A model generated the notes under the pieces. It worked only from the letters and a program-made list of their open reading frames with translations. It ran no database searches and was not told the DNA's origin. From the NCBI RefSeq assembly GCF_963921235.1, contig NC_086124.1, positions 36,270,001 through 36,334,000 of the forward strand: a stretch of DNA of 64,000 bases. The letters run 5' to 3'. Positions 37,419-64,000 of the stretch are shown one piece after another. Made by a program: the position numbers and the translations under genes. Each line of letters opens with the position of its first letter. The stretch's first letter is position 1. Source of the stretch: Mobula hypostoma (taxonomy: Eukaryota).

Positions 37419-37455
37419 TGTCCTGACGAAGGGTCTCGGCCTGAAACGTCGACTG
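37419..37455 (+). ncRNA. Minimal type-I hammerhead ribozyme motif in a Penelope-derived fragment
   Basis: CUGACGA (37423-37429), stem II AGG/CCU, GAAA (37443-37446), palindromic ACGU, GUC triplet, stem I GUC/GAC. Confidence 0.55.
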
Positions 37456-37589
37456 CACCCCTTCCTAGAGATGCTGCCTGGCCTGCTGCGTTCACCAGCA
37501 ACTTTTATGTGTGTTGCTTAAATGTGGGCAAGATGGAGATCTGGGTCAGCAGGGGCCGGTCGGGCCGATGGGCAGTTGTCATTGCCTGT

Positions 37590-38305
37590 TCGCCCAATCA
37601 CAATTCCGCATGTGCAATTGTGACGACATTGTCGGCCACGCCAATCAGGCGGCGCAGCAGTTTTGCAGTGCAGAGCAATTTCTGCGCAGTGGGCTGGGCC
37701 TTTCATAATTCCGCGCCTGACGGCCAATAGAAAAACGGGTCTGCCTGACGGACGCGCATCATGACCAATGTGAAGAAGCTGTGGGAGCTGCCCAATGAAC
37801 GGCCACTGGTGGGAACCTGTGTATGGGAGCCGTATCTACCATTGGGAGGGGGAGCTGCCTGACGGGCGGGTGTGTAGCCAATGGAGAGCGAATTCCGGCG
37901 GAGAGAGCGGGGGAGGGGGCTTCCCTTCAGACGGCCTATCTGGGTTAAGGAACATGGGGGGTGGGCCAGTGCTTGCTGACGGGCGGGTTCAGTAACTAAT
38001 GGTTGTTGAGAACTGGAAGGAAGCGCAGAAGCCTCCAATGGACAAACAAATCAGTGAGTGACAGACGGTTCAGATGACCAATAATCGACGAAATCCAAAC
38101 GACCATTGAGGCATCAGTGTGGCGAGTGGGAGGGCGTGCTAACTTTGACAGGCGAGAGCATTAACCAATCGTAGTGAAGTTCTGCTGAAACTAGCCAATG
38201 GGCTTAGAAGATGGAGGGCGGGAGTCTTTTGACGAGCGTTCCCGGAAGCCAATGGAGGGGGGACTCGCCGCCGTTCCGGGCGCGGGCGGTTCCCCTATAT
38301 AAACC
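37590..38305 (+). promoter_or_regulatory. Tubulin B promoter: CpG island with 12 CCAAT boxes and TATA
   Basis: CCAAT at 37594, 37641, 37724, 37765, 37792, 37878, 38035, 38078, 38165, 38195, 38249 and ATTGG at 37841; TATATAAA at 38296-38303. Confidence 0.8.
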
Positions 38306-38380
38306 CGGCCGGGGCGCGGAGCCATCATCGTTTCCACTGTCGCCGCCGCCCTTTTGCTATTCATTGTCCCGCGAAAAACC

Positions 38381-52162
<13,782 letters not shown>

Positions 52163-52531
52163 GGATGCGGGAGGGGCGGTATATGCGTCTCCACTGCCAA
52201 AATCTCCAATGCCAAGACCCCCCCGCCTTGACAAACTGAACCCTTTCTCCCTTTCCATTTCCCTCCTTGACACACTGAAACCTTTTCCCTCCCAATAAGC
52301 ACGGAGTCAAGCATGACGGTTCGGGAGAGAGGGTTGCATGTCCCACGCTCCCTGAAAAGTTGTACGGAGGGGAGACGGTGCAGGAGTTCTCCAACGCCAA
52401 GGCCTCTCCCCTCTCGACACAACAAATCCTTTATGCCCACCCCCTCCTCTCCCTGTGTGATTATCATGACTTGTTTGGAGAGAGTGTGTGTGTCTTGGAA
52501 AAGTGTCCAGTATTTAGTGAAAGAAGGGGAG

Positions 52532-52537
52532 ATTAAA
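52532..52537 (+). terminator. PolyA signal (ATTAAA) of tubulin B
   Basis: gATTAAAagacttttgatagcatttct matches A's gATTAAAatatttgatagcatttct. Confidence 0.6.
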
Positions 52538-53269
52538 AGACTTTTGATAGCATTTCTTGGTGCTCTGTGGAGTTCTTGTATGGGTCGGTCTACTGCTCTG
52601 TGTGGGCAATGGCTGGATTTTGGCCATTGGACCCCAGGACTGGAGGGACTGAGTTGTGGAGTGATATTAGGCAGTTTGGGGCTTTGTTCTTTGGAGCACA
52701 GGGGTGAACTTGCAAAGGTGTGTAAAACCACGAGGCATGGGTAGGGTTATTGTGCACAGACTTTTCCTTTTCACGAGGAAATGGGTTCATGGGTTTGGTA
52801 AGTGAGACAGAAAGCACTGATTACAAATAAGCACATTAACCATTTATTTACAGACAGCAAAACATTTGATCCAACATCTAAGCCACTCTGTTGGACAGCT
52901 AAAGCATTCAACAAATGGATACTAAACTAAGTGTGTACGAGCTGGAGCACACTTTTCTAGTGGTCGCGACCTCTGTGAAAGTGAGTACCGCAAAGACAAA
53001 GCCGGACGCCGGAGCCGTGGCAAGTCAACCGATGGGAAAGAGCTGCTGTAACCTTTAACGGACCAGTCGACGACCAGCACAGAAGTGACTTTCAACTTTC
53101 AACCCTTCTTATTACAGTTGGGTAATCAAGAACCAGAAGGGTCAGGGTTTAAGAGAAATTCAGTCAGAATATTTCACCCAGAGGATGGTCCATCTCTGAA
53201 ATGAGCTCCTGGAGGAAGTGTTGAGGCAAGTACATTAACAACATTTAAAAGGCATGGCTGGGTATATCG

Positions 53270-56200
53270 AAACATAGAAAACCTGCAACACAATACAGGC
53301 TCTTTGGCCCACAAACCTGTGCTGAACATGTCCTTATCTTACAAATTACCTAGGGTTACCCATAGCCCTCTATTTTTCTAAGCTCCATGTATCTGTCCAG
53401 GAGTCTCTCAATAGACCCTATCGTATCCACTTCCATTCCACGCACTCACCACTCTGCATAAAAAAACTTACCCCTGATATCTCTTCTGTACCTACTTCCA
53501 AGCACCTTAAAACTGCCCTCTCATGCTAGCCATTTCAGCCCTGGGGGATCAATGCCTCTCATTATCTTATACACCTCTATCAGGTCACCTCTTATCCTCC
53601 GTCGCTCCAAGCAAAAAAGGCCGAGTTCACCCAACCTATTCTCATAAGGCATGCTTCCCAGTCCAGGCAACCTCCTTGTAAATCTCCTCTGCACCCTTTT
53701 CCTGTAGTGGGGTCTGGCCAGAGTCCTATATAGCTGCAACATGGATTAGAAAGGTGACTAAATCTCTGCACTCTCTCCTACAGCAGGGCGGCCAGGTCTC
53801 ACCAACGTCTTGTACAACTGCAACATAACATCCCAACTCCTGTACTCAGTGCCCTAACTGATTGAAAGCCAACGTGCCAAACACCTTCACTACCCTATCG
53901 ACTTGTGACTCCACTTTGATCTATGCTGCTAGGTTCCTCTGTTCTATTGTGCCCCATCGTGCATTGTCCTACACTGGAGTGACGTTCCAAAATGCATCAC
54001 TTCCACTTACCGTTTCCATTTTCTGTTCCTCAGACTCCGAGTTCTTGAGTTCAAGATTTAAAAAACACAATCTACAGAGATTGTATGTCCATAAAGTGAC
54101 AGTAGGCCCAGGCGTGTCTATACAGACGGTGACTGGAAATGATAAAGTAGTGGTGGTGGGGTTGCAGCTTTATAAAACTCCGGTCTAGCTGCATCTGGAG
54201 ATTGTGTGCAGTTCCGATGGTGGACAGGAAGAAACTGTGTGTCTTCAAGCTACTGTACCTCCTCCCCATTGATAGTAATGGTTAGGAAGATATTCTCGAT
54301 GGAGAAGGCTGAGTGGTCCTGTGTATTGGAGCCCCTGTGCCAGTGAGGATTGGTAAATGGATTTATAATTTCCAATATCTTTCTAATACATATTTTCTTG
54401 AGCTCATCAGCCCTACTGGAGCATAGGCCTCTTGACAGCAGCTCGTTGGAGTCCTCTGTCCTGGGTCACAGGGATTGGTCTGCTTTCATCACACAAATTC
54501 ATACATCATCTAAAGATCCTTTCCCTCCCAGGGATGAGGACTTTGGCATTCCTGAAGTACTGTACTGGGTTTTCACTAGCCCTATGCCTAACCCTCTTTC
54601 ACAGCTAGGGTTGGGAGCCTCCATGGCAGAGATTCTGAATCCAAGCAACATACAGAGCTGGAGGAACTCAGTGAGTCGGGCAGCATCTGTGGAGAGGAAT
54701 ACAGTCAATGTTTTGGGGCCATGATCCTTCATCAGGACTAGAAAGGAAGGGGTGGGGGGGGGGTGCAGAAGCCAGAATATACATCTATCTCCAGCATCTG
54801 CAGAAACTCATCTCCCTAGGACTTGTAAATATACATAGTGAGTGAAGTTGATCTCATTCCTAAATGTGGTTTACATGGGTTTCCTGAAGGGGAGATCTCA
54901 CCCGACAAATGTGTTGGAATTCTTTGAGGAAATTACCAGCAGAATAGGCAGGAGAGTTGTAGATTATGTGTACTTGGATTTTCAGAAGGCCCTTGACAAG
55001 ATGCTGCACAAGGCTGCTTAATAGTCCTAGAAAAGTACAACACAGAACCAGGCCCTTTGTCCCATCTCGTCCATGCCAAAACGAGTTAAACTGTACTTGG
55101 ATCAGAACGTGGCCCTCCATACACCAACTGTACAGACTCCTGAAACATTGAAATTGGTCTCATGCATCACGTGCTGGCAGCTTGTTCCACATTCCCACCC
55201 CCCTCGTGAATGATGACATTTCTCCTCATGTTCCACTTAAACATTTCACCTTTTAACTCATGACTTCTAGTTGTAGTCTCATCCAACCTCGGTGGAAAAA
55301 GCCTGCTTGCATTTATCCTGTCTATACCCTTCATAATTTTGTATACCTCTATCAAATAAAGTCCTAACCTATTCAATCTTCCTTATAACTCAATTCCTCC
55401 AGACCCGGCAACATCCCTGTAAATTTTCTCTGCATTCTTTCAACCGTATCTTTCCTGTAGGTAGGTCACCAAAACTGAACACAATGCTCCAAATTAGGCC
55501 TCACCAACGTCTTAGACAACTTCACATAACACCCCATCTCCTGTATCCTGTACTCAAAGCTTTGATTTATGAAGGCCAATCCGTCAAGAGCTTGATGCCC
55601 CTATCTACTTGTGCCGCCCCACCACTTTCAATGAATGATGGACCTGTGTTCCCAGATCCCTTTGTTCTGCTGTTTTCAGTGTAGGAACTATCCTGGTTTG
55701 GTCCTACTGAAGTACAACACCTCACACTTGTCTGCATTAAATTCCAGCTGATCCAGATCCCTCTGCAAGCCACAATAGCCTTCCTCAGTACGCACTACAC
55801 CCACAATCTTGGTGTCATCCACACGTTTTCTGATCCAGTTCACATTATCCCTATTGTTGATACAGATAACAAACAACACATACCCAGTACCAATCCCTGT
55901 GGCAGTCCACTAGTCACAGGCCTCCAGTAAGAGAAGCAACTATCTACAACTTACTGGTTTCTTCCACAAAGTCAATGTCTAATCTAATTTGCTACCTCAC
56001 CTTGAATACCGAGCGACTGAACCTTCTTGACCAACCTCCCATGTGGGACCTTGTCAAATGGATTTTAGTCCATGTAGACAACATCCACTGTCTTGCCTTC
56101 ATCCACATTCCTGGTAACTTCCTCAAAAAAGATTGGTTAGACAGACATACCACACACAAAACCATGCTGACTATCCTTAATCAGTCCATGTCTATCCAAA

Positions 56201-56560
56201 TGCTTAAATATCTGGTCCCTTTCCAAGAACTTTCTCACAACTATTGTCAGACTCACTGGCCTATAATTTCCTGGTTTGTGTTTAGAGCCATTTTTCAACA
56301 GCAGAGCAACATTGGCTGTCCTCCAGTCCTCTGGTACCTCACCTGTCACTAAGGAAGATTTAAATATCTCTGCTAGGGCCCCGGCAATTTCTGCACTTGC
56401 CTCCAGTAGGAGCTAAGGGAACACATTATTGGGACCTTAGGACCTCTCCACCCTGATTTGCCTCAAAGTGCAAAAACCTCTAATCTGTACAGGGGCCATG
56501 CAGTTGATGCTGCTTTGCCTCACTTCTATAGACTCTGTGCCCGTCTCCCATGTAAATACA
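53270..56560 (-). mobile_element. Cluster of CR1 fragments, mostly minus strand, including the 55030-56560 copy
   Basis: PEDWRTANVALLLKNG; LGLFCLERRRIRGDLIEVYK. Confidence 0.8.
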
Positions 56561-57029
56561 GAGTAATCGACTATTTATCTACTTATTTCTCACAGTAAAT
56601 TTATTACGTCACCATATGCAACTGTGAGATTCATTTCCACCCAACAGAACAAACAACCAGTGTGCAAAAGGCAACGAACTGTGCAAGTACAAAACAATAA
56701 TAATAAATATTGAGAACATGACATGGCAGTGTGGGTCCTGGAGCTCCTGTCCCTTCTTCCTGATGGCAGCAGTTAGTCTGGGTGGTGGGGGTTGTTGATG
56801 ATGGATGCTGCTTTCCTGTGAGAGCGCTCGGTGTAGATTGTGCCCAGTGGCGATATTACCCGTGATTGGGTCGGTCACATCCACAACTGTTTTGTAGGAT
56901 TTTCTGTTCAATGGCATTGGTGCGTCCATACCAGGCTATGCTGCACAAAGACAATCTACCAGTAGCCCCACAGATCTCTGCTCAAATCCACCGGTATGAA
57001 ATATCAAGAGCAGGTTTATAGTCACACAA

Positions 57030-57415
57030 CCATACACATGTACACCAAATAAAATAAGGTTCCTGCGGATCAGGGTGCACAACACAGTACATACAACTGT
57101 ACACATGTACACCATGAAATAAAATATTGTGCCTGAGAACAGGGTGCACAACACAGTACATACAACTCCCATACAACCGTACACAGTCAAATTAAAACAG
57201 TGTTCCTCCAGACCAGGGTGCACAACACAGTGCAGACAACTCCCATACAACCGTACACACCTACACCATCAAATAAGACACTTGTCCTCTGGACCAGGGC
57301 ATACAACACAGTACGTACAACTTCCATACAACCGTATGTACACCACCAAATAAAAGTGTTCCTCCAGACTAGCGTGCACAAGCATACAACTGTAAAAACG
57401 TACAGCACCAAATTT
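57030..57415 (+). repeat. ~5 diverged copies of the same ~80-bp unit as the 28.6-29.7 kb foldback
   Basis: cagggtgcacaacacagtacatacaactcccatacaaccgtacac. Confidence 0.8.
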
Positions 57416-57419
57416 ACAC

Positions 57420-58325
57420 CCCCGTCTCCCTCCCCTCTCTCCTGTCTCACCCCCGCCTCCCTGCCCCCATCCACTCTCAATAGTCTCCCTCCCATCTCTC
57501 CTGGCTCCATGGCAATTCCCTGTTTCCCTCCTATCTACCCTGTATTCCTCCCCCATCTCTCTCCCCCTCCCCATTCTCCCACCCAACTCCTCCATCTCTC
57601 TCCCCCTCCCCATTCTCCCACCCAACTCCCCCATCTCTCTCCCCCTCCCCATTCTCCCACCCAACTCCCCCATCTCTGTCCTATCCCCCCGTCTATCTCT
57701 CCACTTCACTCTCCCCTCCCCTATCTCATTCGACTCCCTCACATCTCCCCGTCTGTCCATCCTCCTCGTCTCCCTTTCTCCCCCCTTTCCCCTCCCTCAC
57801 TCACTCTCTCTTCCATTCTCACCCTTCCCTCTTTCTCCACTCCCTCTCTTGCCTTTGGTTTCTCTCTCTCCCCTTTCCCTTCCCTTTTCTTCCCCCCACC
57901 CTCCCTCTCTCTCTCCCTTCTCATTCCACCCGCACTGTCTTTCTCCTCGACCCCTCACTTATCTAACTCCCCATCTCCTCTCTCTATCTCTAGCCTCTCT
58001 CCCAACCCTCTCTTTCTCTCTCCCCTCCCCCTCTCTACCCTGCCTCACGCTCTCTCCCCAAATCTCATTCTCTCCCCCTCACTCTTCCCCCTCTTTCCTT
58101 ACCTCTCTCACCCTCCCCTCCCTCATCCACTCTTTCTCCCCTCCCTCTCCTCCCCTTTCTCTCCTCCCGCTCTGTCATCCACTTTCTTTCTCCCCTCCCT
58201 CTCTCTCTTAACTGCTCTCTTTCCCCTCCCATTCTTTTCCCCTCCTTTTCTCCCTTCCCTCTGCTTCTCCCCTCCCCTCTCGCCCCTCTCTCCCACCCTC
58301 TGTCTCTCTGCCCCTTCTCCCTCCC
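57420..58325 (+). repeat. Polypyrimidine low-complexity tract
   Basis: Direct reading. Confidence 0.9.
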
Positions 58326-58420
58326 ACAATGCCTCGCTCCGCGCCTGCGCACACACCTGGTGACTGTGAGGCGGAGATGCCGCGAGCGGCGGGCGGAGGT
58401 CGGTCCGGCGGAGATCAGGG
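58325..58420. promoter_or_regulatory. CpG-rich promoter-like island with NRF1-type motif; possible first exon of a further gene
   Basis: GCGCCTGCGCA at 58341-58351, dense CpG, donor-like GAG|GTCGGT at 58398/58399, between a pyrimidine tract and the satellite. Confidence 0.4.
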
Positions 58421-58424
58421 AGGG

Positions 58425-61400
58425 AGGGATGAATGAGGGTCTGTGAGGGATGGGGAGGTGGTAGGTACGGGCGATGGGGAAGGACGTCAGTGGGGAGAGG
58501 GTTGGAGGGAATGAGGGTCTGTGTGGGATGGGGAGGTGGTAGGTACGGGCGACGGGGAAGGACGTCTGGGGCGAGGGTTGGAGGGAATGAGGGTCTGTGT
58601 GGGATGGGGAGGTGGTAGGTACGGGCGACAGGGAAGGACGTCTGGGGCGAGGGTTGGAGGGAATGAGGGTCTGTGAGGGATGGGGAGGTGGTAGGTACGG
58701 GCGACAGGGAAGGACGTCTGGGGCGAGGGTTGGAGGGAATGAGGGTCTGTGTGGGATGGGGAGGTGGTAGGTACGGGCGACAGGGAAGGACGTCTGGGGC
58801 GAGGGTTGGAGGGAATGAGGGTCTGTGAGGGATGGGGAGGTGGTAGGTACGGGCGACAGGGAAGGACGTCTGGGGAGAGGGTTGGAGGGAATGAGGGATG
58901 GGGAGGTGGTAGGTACGGGCGACAGGGAAGGACGTCTGGGGCGAGGGTTGGAGGGAATGAGGGTCTGAGAGGGATGGGGAGGTGGTAGGTACGGGCGACA
59001 GGGAAGGACGTCTGGGGCAAGGGTTGGAGGGAATGAGGGTCTGTGAGGGATGGGGAGGTGGTAGGTACGGGCGACAGGGAAGGATGTCTGGGGAGAGGGT
59101 TGGAGGGAATGAGGGTCTGTGAGGGATGGGGAGGTGGTAGGTACGGGCGACAGGGAAGGACGTCTGGGGCGAGGGTTGGAGGGAATGAGGGTCTGTGAGG
59201 GATGGGGAGGTGGTAGGTACGGGCGACAGGGAAGGACGTCTGGGGCGAGGGTTGGAGGGAATGAGGGTCTGTGTGGGATGGGGAGGTGGTAGGTACGGGC
59301 GACAGGGAAGGACGTCTGGGGCGAGGGTTGGAGGGAATGAGGGTCTGTGAGGGATGGGGAGGTGGTAGGTACGGGCGACAGGGAAGGACGACTGGGGAGA
59401 GGGTTGGAGGGAATGAGGGTCTGAGGGATGGGGAGGTGGTAGGTACGGGCGAGGGGGAAGGAGGTCTGGGGCGAGGGTTGGAGGGAATGAGGGTCTGTGA
59501 GGGATGGGGAGGTGGTAGGTACGGGCGATGGGGAAGGACGTCAGTGGGGAGAGGGTTGGAGGGAATGAGGGTCTGTGAGGGATGGGGAGGTGGTAGGTAC
59601 GGGCGACAGGGAAGGACGTCAGTGGGGAGAGGGTTGGAGGGAATGAGGGTCTGAGGGATGGGGAGGTGGTAGGTACGGGCGATGGGGAAGGATGTCTGTG
59701 GGGAGAGGGTTGGAGGGAATGAGGGTCTGTGTGGGATGGGGAGGTGGTAGGTACGGGCGACAGGGAAGGACGTCTGGGGCGAGGGTTGGAGGGAATGAGG
59801 GTCTGTGAGGGATGGGGAGGTGGTAGGTACGGGCGACAGGGAAGGACGACTGGGGAGAGGGTTGGAGGGAATGAGGGTCTGAGGGATGGGGAGGTGGTAG
59901 GTACGGGCGATGGGGAAGGATGTCTGTGGGGAGAGGGTTGGAGGGAATGAGGGTCTGTGTGGGATGGGGAGGTGGTAGGTACGGGCGACAGGGAAGGACG
60001 TCTGGGGCGAGGGTTGGAGGGAATGAGGGTCTGTGAGGGATGGGGAGGTGGTAGGTACGGGCGACAGGGAAGGACGACTGGGGAGAGGGTTGGAGGGAAT
60101 GAGGGTCTGAGGGATGGGGAGGTGGTAGGTACGGGCGATGGGGAAGGATGTCTGGGGAGAGGGTTGGAGGGAATGAGGGTCTGTGTGGGATGGGGAGGTG
60201 GTAGGTACGGGCGACAGGGAAGGACGTCTGGGGCGAGGGTTGGAGGGAATGAGGGTCTGTGAGGGATGGGGAGGTGGTAGGTACGGGCGACAGGGAAGGA
60301 CGACTGGGGAGAGGGTTGGAGGGAATGAGGGTCTGAGGGATGGGGAGGTGGTAGGTACGGGCGACAGGGAAGGACGACTGGGGAGAGGGTTGGAGGGAAT
60401 GAGGGTCTGTGAGGGATGGGGAGGTGGTAGGTACGGGCGACAGGGAAGGACGTCAGTGGGGAGAGGGTTGGAGGGAATGAGGGTCTGTGAGGGATGGGGA
60501 GGTGGTAGGTACGGGCGACAGGGAAGGACGTCAGTGGGGAGAGGGTTGGAGGGAATGAGGGTCTGAGGGATGGGGAGGTGGTAGGTACGGGCGATGGGGA
60601 AGGATGTCTGTGGGGAGAGGGTTGGAGGGAATGAGGGTCTGTGTGGGATGGGGAGGTGGTAGGTACGGGCGACAGGGAAGGACGTCTGGGGCGAGGGTTG
60701 GAGGGAATGAGGGTCTGTGAGGGATGGGGAGGTGGTAGGTACGGGCGACAGGGAAGGACGACTGGGGAGAGGGTTGGAGGGAATGAGGGTCTGAGGGATG
60801 GGGAGGTGGTAGGTACGGGCGACAGGGAAGGACGACTGGGGAGAGGGTTGGAGGGAATGAGGGTCTGTGAGGGATGGGGAGGTGGTAGGTACGGGCGACA
60901 GGGAAGGACGTCAGTGGGGAGAGGGTTGGAGGGAATGAGGGTCTGTGAGGGATGGGGAGGTGGTAGGTACGGGCGACAGGGACGGATGTCTGGGGAGAGG
61001 GTTGGAGGGAATGAGGGTCTGTGAGGGATGGGGAGGTGGTAGGTACGGGCGACAGGGAAGGACGTCAGTGGGGAGAGGGTTGGAGGGAATGAGGGTCTGA
61101 GGGATGGGGAGGTGGTAGGTACGGGCGATGGGGAAGGATGTCTGTGGGGAGAGGGTTGGAGGGAATGAGGGTCTGTGTGGGATGGGGAGGTGGTAGGTAC
61201 GGGCGACAGGGAAGGACGTCTGGGGCGAGGGTTGGAGGGAATGAGGGTCTGTGAGGGATGGGGAGGTGGTAGGTACGGGCGACAGGGAAGGACGACTGGG
61301 GAGAGGGTTGGAGGGAATGAGGGTCTGAGGGATGGGGAGGTGGTAGGTACGGGCGACAGGGAAGGACGACTGGGGAGAGGGTTGGAGGGAATGAGGGTCT

Positions 61401-64000
61401 GTGAGGGATGGGGAGGTGGTAGGTACGGGCGACAGGGAAGGACGTCAGTGGGGAGAGGGTTGGAGGGAATGAGGGTCTGTGAGGGATGGGGAGGTGGTAG
61501 GTACGGGCGACAGGGAAGGACGTCAGTGGGGAGAGGGTTGGAGGGAATGAGGGTCTGAGGGATGGGGAGGTGGTAGGTACGGGCGATGGGGAAGGATGTC
61601 TGTGGGGAGAGGGTTGGAGGGAATGAGGGTCTGTGTGGGATGGGGAGGTGGTAGGTACGGGCGACAGGGAAGGACGTCTGGGGAGAGGGTTGGAGGGAAT
61701 GAGGGTCTGTGAGGGATGGGGAGGTGGTAGGTACGGGCGACGGAAGGATGTCTGGGGAGAGGGTTGGAGGGAATGAGGGTCTGAGGGATGGGGAGGTGGT
61801 AGGTACGGGCGACAGGGAAGGACGTCTGGGGCGAGGGTTGGAGGGAATGAGGGTCTGTGAGGGATGGGGAGGTGGTAGGTACGGGCGACAGGGAAGGACG
61901 TCTGGGGAGAGGGTTGGAGGGAATGAGGGATGGGGAGGTGGTAGGTACGGGCGACAGGGAAGGACGTCTGGGGAGAGGGTTGGAGGGAATGAGGGTCTGT
62001 GAGGGATGGGGAGGTGGTAGGTACGGGCGACAGGGAAGGATGTCTGGGGAGAGGGTTGGAGGGAATGAGGGTCTGTGAGGGATGGGGAGGTGGTAGGTAC
62101 GGGCGACAGGGAAGGACGTCTGGGGCGAGGGTTGGAGGGAATGAGGGTCTGTGAGGGATGGGGAGGTGGTAGGTACGGGCGACAGGGAAGGACGTCTGGG
62201 GCGAGGGTTGGAGAGAATGAGGGTCTGTGAGGGATGGGGAGGTGGTAGGTACGGGCGACAGGGAAGGACGTCTGGGGCGAGGGTTGGAGGGAATGAGGGT
62301 CAGTGAGGGATGGGGAGGTGGTAGGTACGGGCGACAGGGAAGGACGACTGGGGAGAGGGTTGGAGGGAATGAGGGTCTGAGAGGGATGGGGAGGTGGTAG
62401 GTACGGGCGACAGGGAAGGACGACTGGGGAGAGGGTTGGAGGGAATGAGGGTCTGAGAGGGATGGGGAGGTGGTAGGTACGGGCGACAGGGAAGGACGTC
62501 TGGGGCGAGGGTTGGAGGGAATGAGGGTCTGTGAGGGATGGGGAGGTGGTAGGTACGGGCGACAGGGAAGGACGTCTGGGGCGAGCGTTGGAGGGAATGA
62601 GGGTCTGTGAGGGATGGGGAGGTGGTAGGTACGGGCGACAGGGAAGGACGACTGGGGAGAGGGTTGGAGGGAATGAGGGTCTGAGAGGGATGGGGAGGTG
62701 GTAGGTACGGGCGACAGGGAAGGACGACTGGGGAGAGGGTTGGAGGGAATGAGGGTCTGAGAGGGATGGGGAGGTGGTAGGTACGGGCGACAGGGAAGGA
62801 CGTCTGGGGCGAGGGTTGGAGGGAATGAGGGTCTGTGAGGGATGGGGAGGTGGTAGGTACGGGCGACAGGGAAGGACGTCTGGGGCGAGGGTTGGAGGGA
62901 ATGAGGGTCTGTGAGGGATGGGGAGGTGGTAGGTACGGGCGACAGGGAAGGACGACTGGGGAGAGGGTTGGAGGGAATGAGGGTCTGTGAGGGATGGGGA
63001 GGTGGTAGGTACGGGCGACAGGGTAGGACGACTGGGGAGAGGGTTGGAGGGAATGAGGGTCTGAGGGATGGGGAGGTGGTAGGTACGGGCGACAGGGAAG
63101 GACGACTGGGGAGAGGGTTGGAGGGAATGAGGGTCTGTGAGGGATGGGGAGGTGGTAGGTACGGGCGACAGGGAAGGACGTCAGTGGGGAGAGGGTTGGA
63201 GGGAATGAGGGTCTGTGGGATGGGGAGGTGGTAGGTACGGGCGACAGGGAAGGACGTCAGTGGGGAGAGGGTTGGAGGGAATGAGGGTCTGTGAGGGATG
63301 GGGAGGTGGTAGGTACGGGCGACAGGGAAGGATGTCTGGGGAGAGGGTTGGAGGGAATGAGGGTCTGTGAGGGATGGGGAGGTGGTAGGTACGGGCGACA
63401 GGGAAGGATGTCTGGGGAGAGGGTTGGAGGGAATGAGGGTCTGTGAGGGATGGGGAGGTGGTAGGTACGGGCGACAGGGAAGGATGTCTGGGGAGAGGGT
63501 TGGAGGGAATGAGGGTCTGTGAGGGATGGGGAGGTGGTAGGTACGGGCGACGGAAGGATGTCTGTGGGGAGAGGGTTGGAGGGAATGAGGGTCTGAGGGA
63601 TGGGGAGGTGGTAGGTACGGGCGACAGGGAAGGACGTCTGGGGCGAGGGTTGGAGGGAATGAGGGTCTGTGAGGGATGGGGAGGTGGTAGGTACGGGCGA
63701 CAGGGAAGGACGTCTGGGGCGAGGGTTGGAGGGAATGAGGTTCTGTGAGGGATGGGGAGGTGGTAGGTACGGGCGACAGGGAAGGACGTCAGTGGGGAGA
63801 GGGTTGGAGGGAATGAGGGTCTGAGGGATGGGGAGGTGGTAGGTACGGGCGATGGGGAAGGATGTCTGTGGGGAGAGGGTTGGAGGGAATGAGGGTCTGA
63901 GAGGGATGGGGAGGTGGTAGGTACGGGCGACAGGGAAGGACGTCTGGGGCGAGGGTTGGAGGGAATGAGGGTCAGTGAGGGATGGGGAGGTGGTAGGTAC
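58425..64000 (+). repeat. 76-bp G-rich satellite, >70 copies, truncated by the window end
   Basis: Unit gagggtctgtgagggatggggaggtggtaggtacgggcgacagggaaggacgtctggggcgagggttggagggaat. Confidence 0.97.

Noticed and set aside
52721-53116. Possible solo LTR (TGT...ACA); similar candidates at ~12660-12990 and ~32380-33240
   Set aside because: No matching target-site duplication or internal retroviral sequence visible; cannot support without a library search.

Overview
Eukaryotic, repeat-rich vertebrate DNA. The CR1, Penelope-like and V-SINE repertoire and the 52-bp GC-rich minisatellite suggest a cartilaginous fish (ray or shark); this is an inference. Three spliced + strand genes can be reconstructed by hand. 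(1) A 4-coding-exon gene (4427-11894, about 487 aa) encodes three LOTUS/OST-HTH-like domains, one per exon, joined by phase-1 introns, with low-complexity linkers and no visible Tudor, NYN or RRM domain; this is the most novel-looking item. (2) A divergent beta-tubulin, copy A (18852-31537, 450 aa). (3) A more canonical, class-IVb-like beta-tubulin, copy B (38381-52162, 445 aa). The tandem tubulins look like a gene-conversion mosaic, and their promoters share a repeated TGAC(A/G)(G/A)-N13-CCAAT module. The rest is decayed CR1 and Rex1-like LINEs, Penelope-like elements with minimal hammerhead-ribozyme motifs, a non-autonomous hAT, a Tc1 fragment, SINEs, a 1.1-kb foldback palindrome and many minisatellites, two apparently born from the same CR1 3' segment. 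A 76-bp satellite runs off the right end, just after a CpG/NRF1-type promoter-like island. Most ORF-track entries are repeat or antisense artefacts.
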